A stretch of DNA of 64,000 nt from an uncultured Verrucomicrobiales bacterium. GTDB lineage: Bacteria > Verrucomicrobiota > Verrucomicrobiia > Verrucomicrobiales > Akkermansiaceae. The stretch is taken from positions 2,041 to 66,040 of the forward strand of contig CALCHQ010000085.1 in NCBI GenBank assembly GCA_937901085.1, in the 5' to 3' direction. The notes under the pieces are model-generated. The model saw only the letters and a list, made by a program, of their open reading frames with translations, was not told the DNA's origin and searched no databases. This document shows, in pieces, positions 53,621-61,415 of this stretch (within the stretch, counting starts at the first letter, position 1; each line of letters starts with the position of its first letter). The position numbers were made by a program, and so were the translations under genes.

Positions 53621-54363
53621 TTCACCTCGTCCATACCCCGGCTGCCCGCCTGGCACACCAACGGCAGATGATGGCGCTGCAGGCGCTGGGCATCGTGCTG
53701 CCGCCCTGGGTGGGGCTGTGTCTCTGGGCGTTCTGCACCCCGCTGTACGCCCCCTGCAGCGACCCCGGCTGCACCTTTGAGGGTATTGCCTTCGTCCCCG
53801 CCGCATCCAGCCCCCCTCCCGAACCACCGCACCCCCCCCCGCCCGCGCCGCAGCTCCCCGCTACGCCGACTCCCGCGCCCAGCCTGCCGGGGGAACTACC
53901 CGGACTGGCCGTTCATCTGCCGGGGGAACTACCCGGTCTGCCCAGCAGCGAAGCAGATGACACCTTGCTCGAAACCGACGCCGATGCCTTGCTCACCCGG
54001 CCGGCGCCTCCGGCTTCCCTCGCCCCCCGGGCATCCGCGCCCCGCCCTGCTCCGCAGGCATCTGCCGCTGCCGGAGATGAAGCCCCACTCTACACCCCGC
54101 CCGCCTGCCAGGAATGCCCCCAGCCCCCCTACCCGGTGCACCTGCGCGCCCGCCGCCTGCAAGGCAGCGTCACCCTCACCCTCCACCTCAACGCCGACGG
54201 CCAGCCCATCGGCGGGGAAATCACCCGGTCGAGCGGGCACGGCAGCCTCGACCGGCACGCACTCAACTGGGTGCTGAAACGCTGGCAATTCAGCCCGGCG
54301 CGCCGCGGGCGGGTCTGCACCGCAGCCAGCATCCGCACCACCATCCACTTCACCCTGCGCTGA
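53617..54363 (+). CDS. TonB-family energy transducer
   Basis: TM, Pro-rich linker, PPYP..ARRLQGSV, SSGHGSLDRHA...WQFSPA. Confidence 0.8.
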   Translation: MIHLVHTPAARLAHQRQMMALQALGIVLPPWVGLCLWAFCTPLYAPCSDPGCTFEGIAFVPAASSPPPEPPHPPPPAPQLPATPTPAPSLPGELPGLAVHLPGELPGLPSSEADDTLLETDADALLTRPAPPASLAPRASAPRPAPQASAAAGDEAPLYTPPACQECPQPPYPVHLRARRLQGSVTLTLHLNADGQPIGGEITRSSGHGSLDRHALNWVLKRWQFSPARRGRVCTAASIRTTIHFTLR

Positions 54364-54384
54364 CAGATGCCCCCCGGCAGCTGC

Positions 54385-54418
54385 AAAAAAAGCCGGGACA
54401 AGCAACGGCTTGTCCCGG
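54385..54418. terminator. Terminator between convergent tonB and ddh
   Basis: A6 then ccgggacaagc-aacg-gcttgtcccgg. Confidence 0.7.
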
Positions 54419-54448
54419 GGAAACAACGTTTCTGCAGCGTTCTGCGGC

Positions 54449-55330
54449 TTACACCAGCTGGGCAATGAGAGTCTCACGGTCGCCGGGGCAGAAATCCATG
54501 GGCGGAATTTCCGGCAGCGTGTAGCAGCCTGCAGCCAGGCGCATACTGGCGCGCGCCGCGCATACCATGACCTGAGCCGTGAGCGCCGGGTTGTTGATAC
54601 GCATCTCGAACTTGAAAATCTGATTCTGCGTGCAGCCGGACACCCCCTTGCGCTCCATATACACCCCGTGGCCCATGTCCTTGAGCGAATCAATGTCATC
54701 GACCTGCTTCACATGTGTCTCATCGTGGCAGAAATAATCATCGGCCTTGATGGCGGCTTCCACCTCCGCAAAGTCAGCCCCTTCCTCCAGCTGCACATAC
54801 ACCATGCGGCGATGCACGCCGGAACCCGTCGGGATGGTGAGCGACAGCGCATCCTTCACCCCCGCCTTGGAGCGGGCCACCACGCTGTGCCCCATGCTCA
54901 TGCCGGGGCCGAAGTTGGTGTAGGTGATACCCTTGGGTGCCATGGCCAGCATCATGGTACGCATCACGGAATCCGAACCGGGGTCCCAACCGGCGGAAAT
55001 CACCGCCACAGCCTTGCCGGCCTGGGCCTGCCTGCCCAGAGAGCGGCGCAACTCCACAATACCGCCGTGAATGTCATAGCTATCCACGGTGTTGATACCC
55101 TTGGCCAGCAGGGGCAGAGCCGTTTCCTCGACGCTGCGGGTCGGGGTGCAGAGCAGAGCCACATCCACCTGACCGAGTTCATCAATATCAGACACCGTCT
55201 TGATCCCATGCACGGGAGCACTGCCGGCGCGGCGGACAATACCTACCAATTCCATATCGGGCGCAGCGCGCAGCGCGTCAACTGAATACTTGCCGATATT
55301 CCCGTATCCTACAATGGCTACCTTAATCAT
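54449..55330 (-). CDS. ddh: meso-diaminopimelate dehydrogenase
   Basis: VGYGNIG, NTVDSYDIH, SAGWDPG, TNFGPGMSMGHS, NNPALTAQ. Confidence 0.95.
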   Translation of the reverse strand: MIKVAIVGYGNIGKYSVDALRAAPDMELVGIVRRAGSAPVHGIKTVSDIDELGQVDVALLCTPTRSVEETALPLLAKGINTVDSYDIHGGIVELRRSLGRQAQAGKAVAVISAGWDPGSDSVMRTMMLAMAPKGITYTNFGPGMSMGHSVVARSKAGVKDALSLTIPTGSGVHRRMVYVQLEEGADFAEVEAAIKADDYFCHDETHVKQVDDIDSLKDMGHGVYMERKGVSGCTQNQIFKFEMRINNPALTAQVMVCAARASMRLAAGCYTLPEIPPMDFCPGDRETLIAQLV

Positions 55331-55565
55331 CCTGTAGATTCTGTGTGGGTTGCGTTGTTAAAAGCTCGCAGGGCACATTCCATTCCCTGCCACGCCGCCA
55401 TCATAAACGATTCCGGCAGCCAACGCAAGCACAGACTCACAGGCTGTCACATATTTTAGAATAATTCCAACAAAAAATCAGGACATAGCACCGAGCCACC
55501 CATTCGAGTGACAGCAGCAAGAAAAAACCCGCTGCACCCATGTCTGGAGCAACGCCATAGTCGCT

Positions 55566-55661
55566 TCAACGACGCCGGCGGGCAGCCATGTCGGCAAGCG
55601 CCAGCAGGCTCAGCGCAGCCGTGGCAGGCTCCGGCACCATCTGCCAGTTTGCCGTCTCAGC
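55566..55661 (-). pseudogene. Orphan 3' remnant of a PEP-CTERM protein gene
   Basis: Reads AETANWQMVPEPATAALSLLALADMAARRRR-stop with no upstream gene body. Confidence 0.7.
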
Positions 55662-55717
55662 AATTTGACCACTTTAAATCGCAGGCCGGTTTACACAGCT
55701 TCGTGTTTTTGCGTTTC

Positions 55718-56764
55718 CTATAGTTTAATGTAGGCCGTAGTGCGGGATGCCCCGATTTTGCGAATTTCACCACTATCGAGCATCTGTTTCAAGGTGCGCT
55801 CGATGAGGGAGACGCTGATATCCGGACAAGCCGCCATGATGTCAGCTTTGCTGATTTTACCCGGTTTTTGTTCAAACATCATTCTGATGCGTTCCATCTT
55901 ATTAAGCTTTGCCGTGGCAACATGCTCCACCCGGCACTCAAACTCGCGATACGCTTTCAGGATGACGCTCAGCAGATACTGCAAAAAGGGAAGATAGTTA
56001 TTATTCCCCGTATCCCAGCCCGCGCTACTCTCCTGCAAGGCTTCGTAATAGGTCTGCTTGTTTTCTTCAATCAATTTCTCCAGGCTGATATATTTACCCA
56101 CAATATAGCCATGCTGATAAAGCAGCATAAGCGTGAGCAGTCGGCTCATACGCCCATTGCCGTCATTGAACGGGTGAATGCACAGAAAATCGAAAACAAA
56201 AAGTACCAGTAATATCAAAGGATCACAAACCTCCTGTGCAACGGCCTGTTTGTATGCATCGCACAGAGAACGCATCGCATCAGGTGTTTCAAATGCCGGA
56301 GTCGGAGTGAAACGGACATGCTTGTTGCCCACGGCATCCGTCTCAGCTATCAGATTATCTGCATTCTTCCAGTGCCCTCCCATGCCGGAAGGGTGGAATG
56401 AATATAAATCCCGGTGCAACTGCAAGATGGTATTCGGATTCGCTGGAATATACTCGTAATTCTCATGAATGGTTCGCAGCACATCCCGGTACCCGGCAAT
56501 TTCCTTTTCATTGCGGTTGATGGGCTCTACCCTCTGCAAAACCAAATCTTTTAATCTCACGTCAGAGGTATAGATGCCTTCAATTCTATTGGAAGCATCC
56601 GTACTTTGAACCACGGCAATTTCCAGCAGACTCTGCAGAATGTTTTTTCTTGCCGTGATAAACAGCGCCTGTTTGCCCCGGTATTCATGTATAGCCGACA
56701 GCAGATTGCTTATTTCCGGCGTGAGTAAAGGTCCGGGCAAATTTGAATAATCGAATGTTCTCAT
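55718..56764 (-). CDS. Fic-domain protein with C-terminal HTH
   Basis: Catalytic HPFNDGNGRMSR; N-terminal inhibitory SNRIEG; start placed at MRTFDY. Confidence 0.92.
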   Translation of the reverse strand: MRTFDYSNLPGPLLTPEISNLLSAIHEYRGKQALFITARKNILQSLLEIAVVQSTDASNRIEGIYTSDVRLKDLVLQRVEPINRNEKEIAGYRDVLRTIHENYEYIPANPNTILQLHRDLYSFHPSGMGGHWKNADNLIAETDAVGNKHVRFTPTPAFETPDAMRSLCDAYKQAVAQEVCDPLILLVLFVFDFLCIHPFNDGNGRMSRLLTLMLLYQHGYIVGKYISLEKLIEENKQTYYEALQESSAGWDTGNNNYLPFLQYLLSVILKAYREFECRVEHVATAKLNKMERIRMMFEQKPGKISKADIMAACPDISVSLIERTLKQMLDSGEIRKIGASRTTAYIKL

Positions 56765-56882
56765 ACCAGCTTGCTGTTTCTCTGCCCACACTTTAGCAGC
56801 TTTCTGCCCACTTTCAAGCCAAAAGTAGGCAGTAACACTATTAAAGTGGGCAGAAAAGTCCGGTAGTGACACCGCAATATCG

Positions 56883-57032
56883 CGCAAACTGGCCAAGCTG
56901 CACTTGGGCAGAGCATGGCAGGAACAAGCCGGGCCGGGGTATCGCTATTTCCTCGTGTTCCTGGATAAGGATATCAGCATGACCGGGGCTTACCCCATGA
57001 GCGAGTTCCTCAAGATTCTGGCCGAACTGTAA
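56883..57032 (+). pseudogene. Gene 3'-end remnant, possibly type III restriction (Res) subunit C-terminus
   Basis: RKLAKLHLGRAWQEQAGPGYRYFLVFLDKDISMTGAYPMSEFLKILAEL-stop; no start; family assignment from memory of similar C-termini. Confidence 0.4.
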
Positions 57033-57158
57033 ACAACGCACAAAACACCACCTGCAACCACATGACCCGCACCCGGCAGACCAAGGGCTCCACTTCGAGC
57101 GAATCCTCAGCTTTTGACCCTATTTTTGCGCCATCGGCCACAAAAATGTAGGAAACGC

Positions 57159-57244
57159 GCAACAAAATGCCCGCCGCGCTTGAACAGAGGGGCGGAAATT
57201 GATATAATGCCCCGTAACAGATACACGCTTAGTTATGACCATGC
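57159..57244 (+). repeat. 86-bp promoter/start-codon repeat, copy 1
   Basis: About 8 mismatches vs 63154-63239; TTGAAC-17-TATAAT with extended TG; ends ATGACCATGC. Confidence 0.9.
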
Positions 57245-57675
57245 CCGCAGCCTCCTTGCCTTCGACGAAAGACTCAGGTCGCCAATCCTGGCTTCTTATC
57301 AGCGGTGTATGGCTGGGACTCAATGCTCTCGTGCATCTGTTCCTATTCCCCTTTTTGCTCTATACTGGGCTCTGCACATTGCTGATGCCCGTTTCCCTGT
57401 GGATTCTTTCATCCCTGACCACCAGCACCAGAACCTACGCGCTGCTGAACATCCCGCTCGTGCTTTACACACTTGTATGGTGGTTCACCACTCCTTTGAT
57501 GGGCTGTTGGTTCACCCTGCTGTGGCTTCCCTTTATCCCGATGGGGTTCGGAGGTCTCCGCTGTCATTCGAGCAACAGTCTGGCATTACGATGTGTGCTG
57601 TATCTGATAGCTCTGCTGCCCTACATTGCCATGCTGCCGTTTCTTATATTCGTCTTAAGAGATATCAACAGATGA
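57235..57675 (+). CDS. Hypothetical multi-pass membrane protein
   Basis: 146 aa, very hydrophobic, directly after the repeated promoter. Confidence 0.55.
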   Translation: MTMPAASLPSTKDSGRQSWLLISGVWLGLNALVHLFLFPFLLYTGLCTLLMPVSLWILSSLTTSTRTYALLNIPLVLYTLVWWFTTPLMGCWFTLLWLPFIPMGFGGLRCHSSNSLALRCVLYLIALLPYIAMLPFLIFVLRDINR

Positions 57676-58193
57676 TTCCATCCATTGTGCCACACATCCC
57701 CCGAATCCTTAGCATCACAGCCCTGTGCCTTGCGGCGGTGGGGGTGAGTAGCTGTCAACAAGGTATCTTCTTACTAGAGGGGCTCTGTATGTGAATAATA
57801 CATCCGAGTGGTATGCCGCAGAAAACGATATGACGAATTTTTACCATGTGACATGCAGCAGCGACTTTGATAAGCAGCATGAGCCAAACAGAAAAAGAAG
57901 CTTTTGCCATAACCTACCTGAAAGAGTATAACGAGTCATTGGATAAGCATCACATTAGTAACTCCGGTCAGCTCCATGATAATAATGGATATACAAACAT
58001 CAGTAACTGGGATGGCATGTACACGCGCACAGTAGAGCGGTTACCACTAGAGCAACAAATTATTCTGAATACCAAAGGCGGAGCACAGCTGATGGAAGGA
58101 TATGGAGGCTACATGATTGCTCGATATGTTGCATTTAATCCAAAAATGGATGCCAGCACGAGGCACAAAGCCTTGTTTGTCATTGATTTGTGA
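57672..58193 (+). pseudogene. Frameshifted lipoprotein gene
   Basis: Signal PRILSITALCLAAVGVSSC nearly matches that of 63227-63697; stop at 57794; protein-like sequence resumes in 57867-58193. Confidence 0.5.
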
Positions 58194-58305
58194 GGCGAAT
58201 GCTCTGATGGAGAAAATGGCTATCGCTCACGATGGATAAGAAGAAAACACTAGTTTGGTGTTCGGAAAATAACTAGCCCATAAATGGGAATTTGGAGGAA
58301 ACAGT

Positions 58306-58770
58306 ATGGTTGAACGTGCACACATTTCAGATATTGCATCATTGACTGCATTAAGATTGGAATTCTTGCAAGAAGACTGCGGCGAATTGAGTGGAGAAAT
58401 TAAAAGTAAGCTCATAGAAGCTTTGCCAGCTTACTTTGAAAAGAATCTTAACCATAATATCTTCTGCTACCTAATTAGAGAAATGGAAGAAGTCGTTGCC
58501 TGTGCATTCTTGCTAATAGTTGAAAAGCCTGCAAATCCGATGTTCATAACAGGCAGAACCGGAACTGTGCTTAACGTATACACGAAACCGATATGCCGAC
58601 ATAAGGGGTATGCAAAAGCGATAATGAAAACGCTGCTACAGGATGCAGTTGAACTGAACTTGAGTTTTGTGGAGCTTGAATCTACAGAGGCTGGATACGA
58701 TTTGTATAAATCCATTGGTTTTACTGATGATGTGTCAAAGTACCATTGTATGAAATGGTTCAACGTATAG
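58306..58770 (+). CDS. GNAT-family acetyltransferase
   Basis: LNVYTKPICRHKGYAK motif A, GYDLYKSIGF; SD GGAGG; AT-rich. Confidence 0.9.
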   Translation: MVERAHISDIASLTALRLEFLQEDCGELSGEIKSKLIEALPAYFEKNLNHNIFCYLIREMEEVVACAFLLIVEKPANPMFITGRTGTVLNVYTKPICRHKGYAKAIMKTLLQDAVELNLSFVELESTEAGYDLYKSIGFTDDVSKYHCMKWFNV

Positions 58771-58845
58771 TGAAAATCCAATTTGTCAGTCTGGTTATTC
58801 ACCAAGGGGTATACCTATTTCCCGAACGCTATACTAGAGACTGTT

Positions 58846-59200
58846 ACATCGCTTGCAACCTGTCTCGTCGAAGCCTAGGCGGAGATGGAGTGGCTTTTTA
58901 TCCCCTTGCAAGCGATGTTTCTTTTTAGGTTGCCACTCAGTGAAAATTGATTCTTAAACATCTGATTCTGTGCAACTTGCCAATTTGTGACATCTTTGCT
59001 TGCCGAAGAGTCATCATCTACTCAAAATCGCCTACCTGTCACGGCGTAGGGAGAATCCCGAAGACTGAAGCTCACAGAATCAACAGATTGTAGATTCGAA
59101 GCATGTTTAGTGACCTTGAAAAGCATTTGAGCTTAGAAAAACGGGCTTCCGGCTACGAGTTCGGGCTTGCTCCCTCCATTCTACGCCGTGACGGGTAGGC
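58846..59200. repeat. Structured non-coding element, copy 1
   Basis: Ungapped match (~84% by hand count) to 63739-64000; internal IRs 58846-58858/58906-58918, 58963-58972/59073-59082, 59030-59049/59181-59200. Confidence 0.88.
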
Positions 59201-59221
59201 ATAGTAGGAGTTGTTGGCTTT

Positions 59222-59506
59222 TTAAGAGAGCGATTTCATGCCTATGGGTAAGCCAAGATGTTTGATAACCCATTCCCGCCCGGAGTGTGATTTGAAATAT
59301 TTCTCCAGCTCAGTTGCTTGTTCTTCTGTTTGTACGGCTATTGCAGAGTGGATTTCCCACGGGGCGTATTTAGATGTATGCGGTACATGCCCGGAGTTAT
59401 GCGTTTTGAGCCGTGCTGCAAGGTCAGAGGTATGGCCAACATAGAAGTGGGTGTGCGTAGAAGCATCCCACAGGATGTAAACATAATGAAAATGAGATGT
59501 TGGCAT
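59222..59506 (-). CDS. Stand-alone GIY-YIG nuclease (COG2827-like)
   Basis: YVYIL...FYVGHTSDLAARLKTHNSG...TSKYAPW...ATELEKYFKS; own promoter TTGCAT-17-TATACT 6 nt before ATG. Confidence 0.9.
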   Translation of the reverse strand: MPTSHFHYVYILWDASTHTHFYVGHTSDLAARLKTHNSGHVPHTSKYAPWEIHSAIAVQTEEQATELEKYFKSHSGREWVIKHLGLPIGMKSLS

Positions 59507-59591
59507 AGTGGGAGTATAGTTAATGTAGTGGGTGAATGCAAGTAGGAATTGCAAGAGGTGCGAATGAAAAAAAAGTCTGAAAAAAAGTCTG

Positions 59592-59979
59592 TGGTATGCA
59601 ACGTTCCGGCTTCTGCTCTGCATACGCCGAGACTAGGGGTGTTGCCCGGCTTCGAGTCTCGCCATCGCTCGCTTTCTGGGGGCTTCGCTCGCTGCGCGTT
59701 CTACGCCCACCCAGGACGCCAAGGCTGGCTTTTTTCTATTGACCCCGAAAAACAGCGTATCAGGTGATCTGTAAATGAGAAACGACCTCTGGTAGGTAAC
59801 GCTCCGGCTTCGTCCTGCCTACGCCGAGACTGGTGTTGTTGCCCGGCTTCGCGTAGCCCTGCGGGCTCTTGCTACGCCGAGGCTAGGCTTCTTACCATTT
59901 GGTCTGTAAGACCAAATGGCCTACGCCTGGCGGCAGCCCATTCTGGCCTGCCTGGGCGTAGAAAAACAGCGTATCAGGT
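59592..59979. repeat. Degenerate ~200-bp tandem duplication built from REP-like hairpins
   Basis: 59592-59654 resembles 59790-59851; GAAAAACAGCGTATCAGGT at 59747-59765 and 59961-59979. Confidence 0.8.
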
Positions 59980-59997
59980 TTCCTGATACGCTGTTTT
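59963..59997 (-). terminator. Terminator downstream of tRNA-Ala
   Basis: aaaacagcgtatcagg-ttt-cctgatacgctgtttt. Confidence 0.8.
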
Positions 59998-60005
59998 ACG
60001 AAGCC

Positions 60006-60078
60006 TGGAGCATAGCGGATTCGAACCGCTGACCTTCTCAATGCCATTGAGACGCTCTACCAACTGAGCTAATACCCC
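60006..60078 (-). tRNA. tRNA-Ala (GGC), CCA not encoded
   Basis: GGGGTATTAGCTCAGTTGGTAGAGCG TCTCA-ATGGCAT-TGAGA AGGTCAGCGGTTCGAATCCGCTATGCTCCA; cloverleaf with G3-U70. Confidence 0.97.
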
Positions 60079-60280
60079 GTTCTGTTTTGTTGTCCTGGTG
60101 AGGACGAGCAGAGTATACACCTACTCCACCCCGATTGCAAGACTTTTTTTCATTTTTTTGATCTTTTCTTCCATTTTTTCATGGAAAGGACAGGGGGAAC
60201 TGTCACTAGCTTTTCGTCATGAGAGCCTTGCGGCAACACAAAAAAACGGCAAAAAATACCATTCCCTGGCAGAATCGGCA

Positions 60281-61213
60281 TCATACCCGGTGGCGGCGGA
60301 GAGCCAGTCCGCAGAATGCCAGCAGACCGAGCGACACCGTGCCGGGTTCAGGAATCACCAGCCGCCAGTCAGCCGTAGCCGAGAGATGAATCGCATTCAC
60401 TCCGCAGATATAAATTTCCCTTCCCAGCAGCTTCTGCCACTCGTAATAACCGACTTCGCTCTCCAGAGACATATCAAAATACACCCTGTCCGACTCCTCA
60501 TCCCGCACGACATCGATGGAGAATAACTCCTGGAACACATCCTCATCCTCCGCATCATCCGAATCCGTCACCCAGAGCTTCGAAAGACAGCCAGCCTCAT
60601 TGTATTCAGCCCCCCAGAGCGTGATGGCATGCATCATCGCGTCGCCCACCGGCTGGAGCAAAAGAGAAACACCTGCCCCTGCACTCAGCAAATCACCCAG
60701 GTAATCATTCTCCAGCCCGCTCGAATAACTGAACAAACTCATCAAGTTCTCCTTATCAAGCCCGTACTGGTCGAAATAAAACCCATCGAAAGGCTGCAGC
60801 GTGATAATATCAGAATCCGGGCTCACTTTATTGAACAGACTCCGGGCAGCCTCAGCATCATTCGTCGGCGCATAAACGCCAGAGAGCCACCAATTGAGCG
60901 CCGCCACCGCGTCACCGCCCATGTGACCATTCTGCCGATGGCTCTCATACACCCCCCAGATATCCTCCAGCGAGGTCGGCGCCGCAGAAACAAGCCCGCT
61001 GCGCTCCTGCCACCAGGCAACGAGGTTCGCCGCCGAAGCCGCATAGCACATCAAATCATCACCTGGATCCGCCGCCGACTTATCCACATCCTTCCAGCCC
61101 CCCGCCGCCGAAACGCCATCTGCCCAGATAATCGTATCAACATATTTCCCCTCTGCCGCGCCCGGCGCGGCACAGCCGACCAAAAAACAGACAACGAAAA
61201 GAAAACACCTCAT
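60281..61213 (-). CDS. IdeS/Mac-like cysteine peptidase with PEP-CTERM tail
   Basis: Signal peptide; GWKDVDK, DDLMCYAASAANLVAWWQ (Cys), HAITLWGAEY (His), WVTDSDD (Asp); IPEP-TM-RRHR. Confidence 0.8.
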   Translation of the reverse strand: MRCFLFVVCFLVGCAAPGAAEGKYVDTIIWADGVSAAGGWKDVDKSAADPGDDLMCYAASAANLVAWWQERSGLVSAAPTSLEDIWGVYESHRQNGHMGGDAVAALNWWLSGVYAPTNDAEAARSLFNKVSPDSDIITLQPFDGFYFDQYGLDKENLMSLFSYSSGLENDYLGDLLSAGAGVSLLLQPVGDAMMHAITLWGAEYNEAGCLSKLWVTDSDDAEDEDVFQELFSIDVVRDEESDRVYFDMSLESEVGYYEWQKLLGREIYICGVNAIHLSATADWRLVIPEPGTVSLGLLAFCGLALRRHRV

Positions 61214-61415
61214 ACCCGGCAGAATGACACCCCCATACTCTACATCCATTACCCACCGAATTCAATCAAAAACAGCCCCAATCCCCCCCCTGCCCCGATG
61301 AGGCGCAACATTCCCCGGTCCATTACCCAACTAAAACCAGGGACAAATGGCCTTAAGTCCCCTTGTGCGGCACCTCCATAAACGCATGTAGCTGGCATGA
61401 GGCTGGCTCCGAAGT

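Noticed and set aside
53831..53936. C9 tract and 20-bp direct repeat (53884, 53917) in tonB
   Set aside because: In-frame Pro-rich linker and LPGELPGL duplication; no evidence of phase variation
58846..59979. Possible CRISPR array or retron
   Set aside because: Repeats are irregularly spaced, degenerate and on both strands; no cas or reverse transcriptase gene in the window
55400..60006. Integrase-type genomic island at tRNA-Ala
   Set aside because: No integrase and no duplicated tRNA 3' end found; treated only as a variable region
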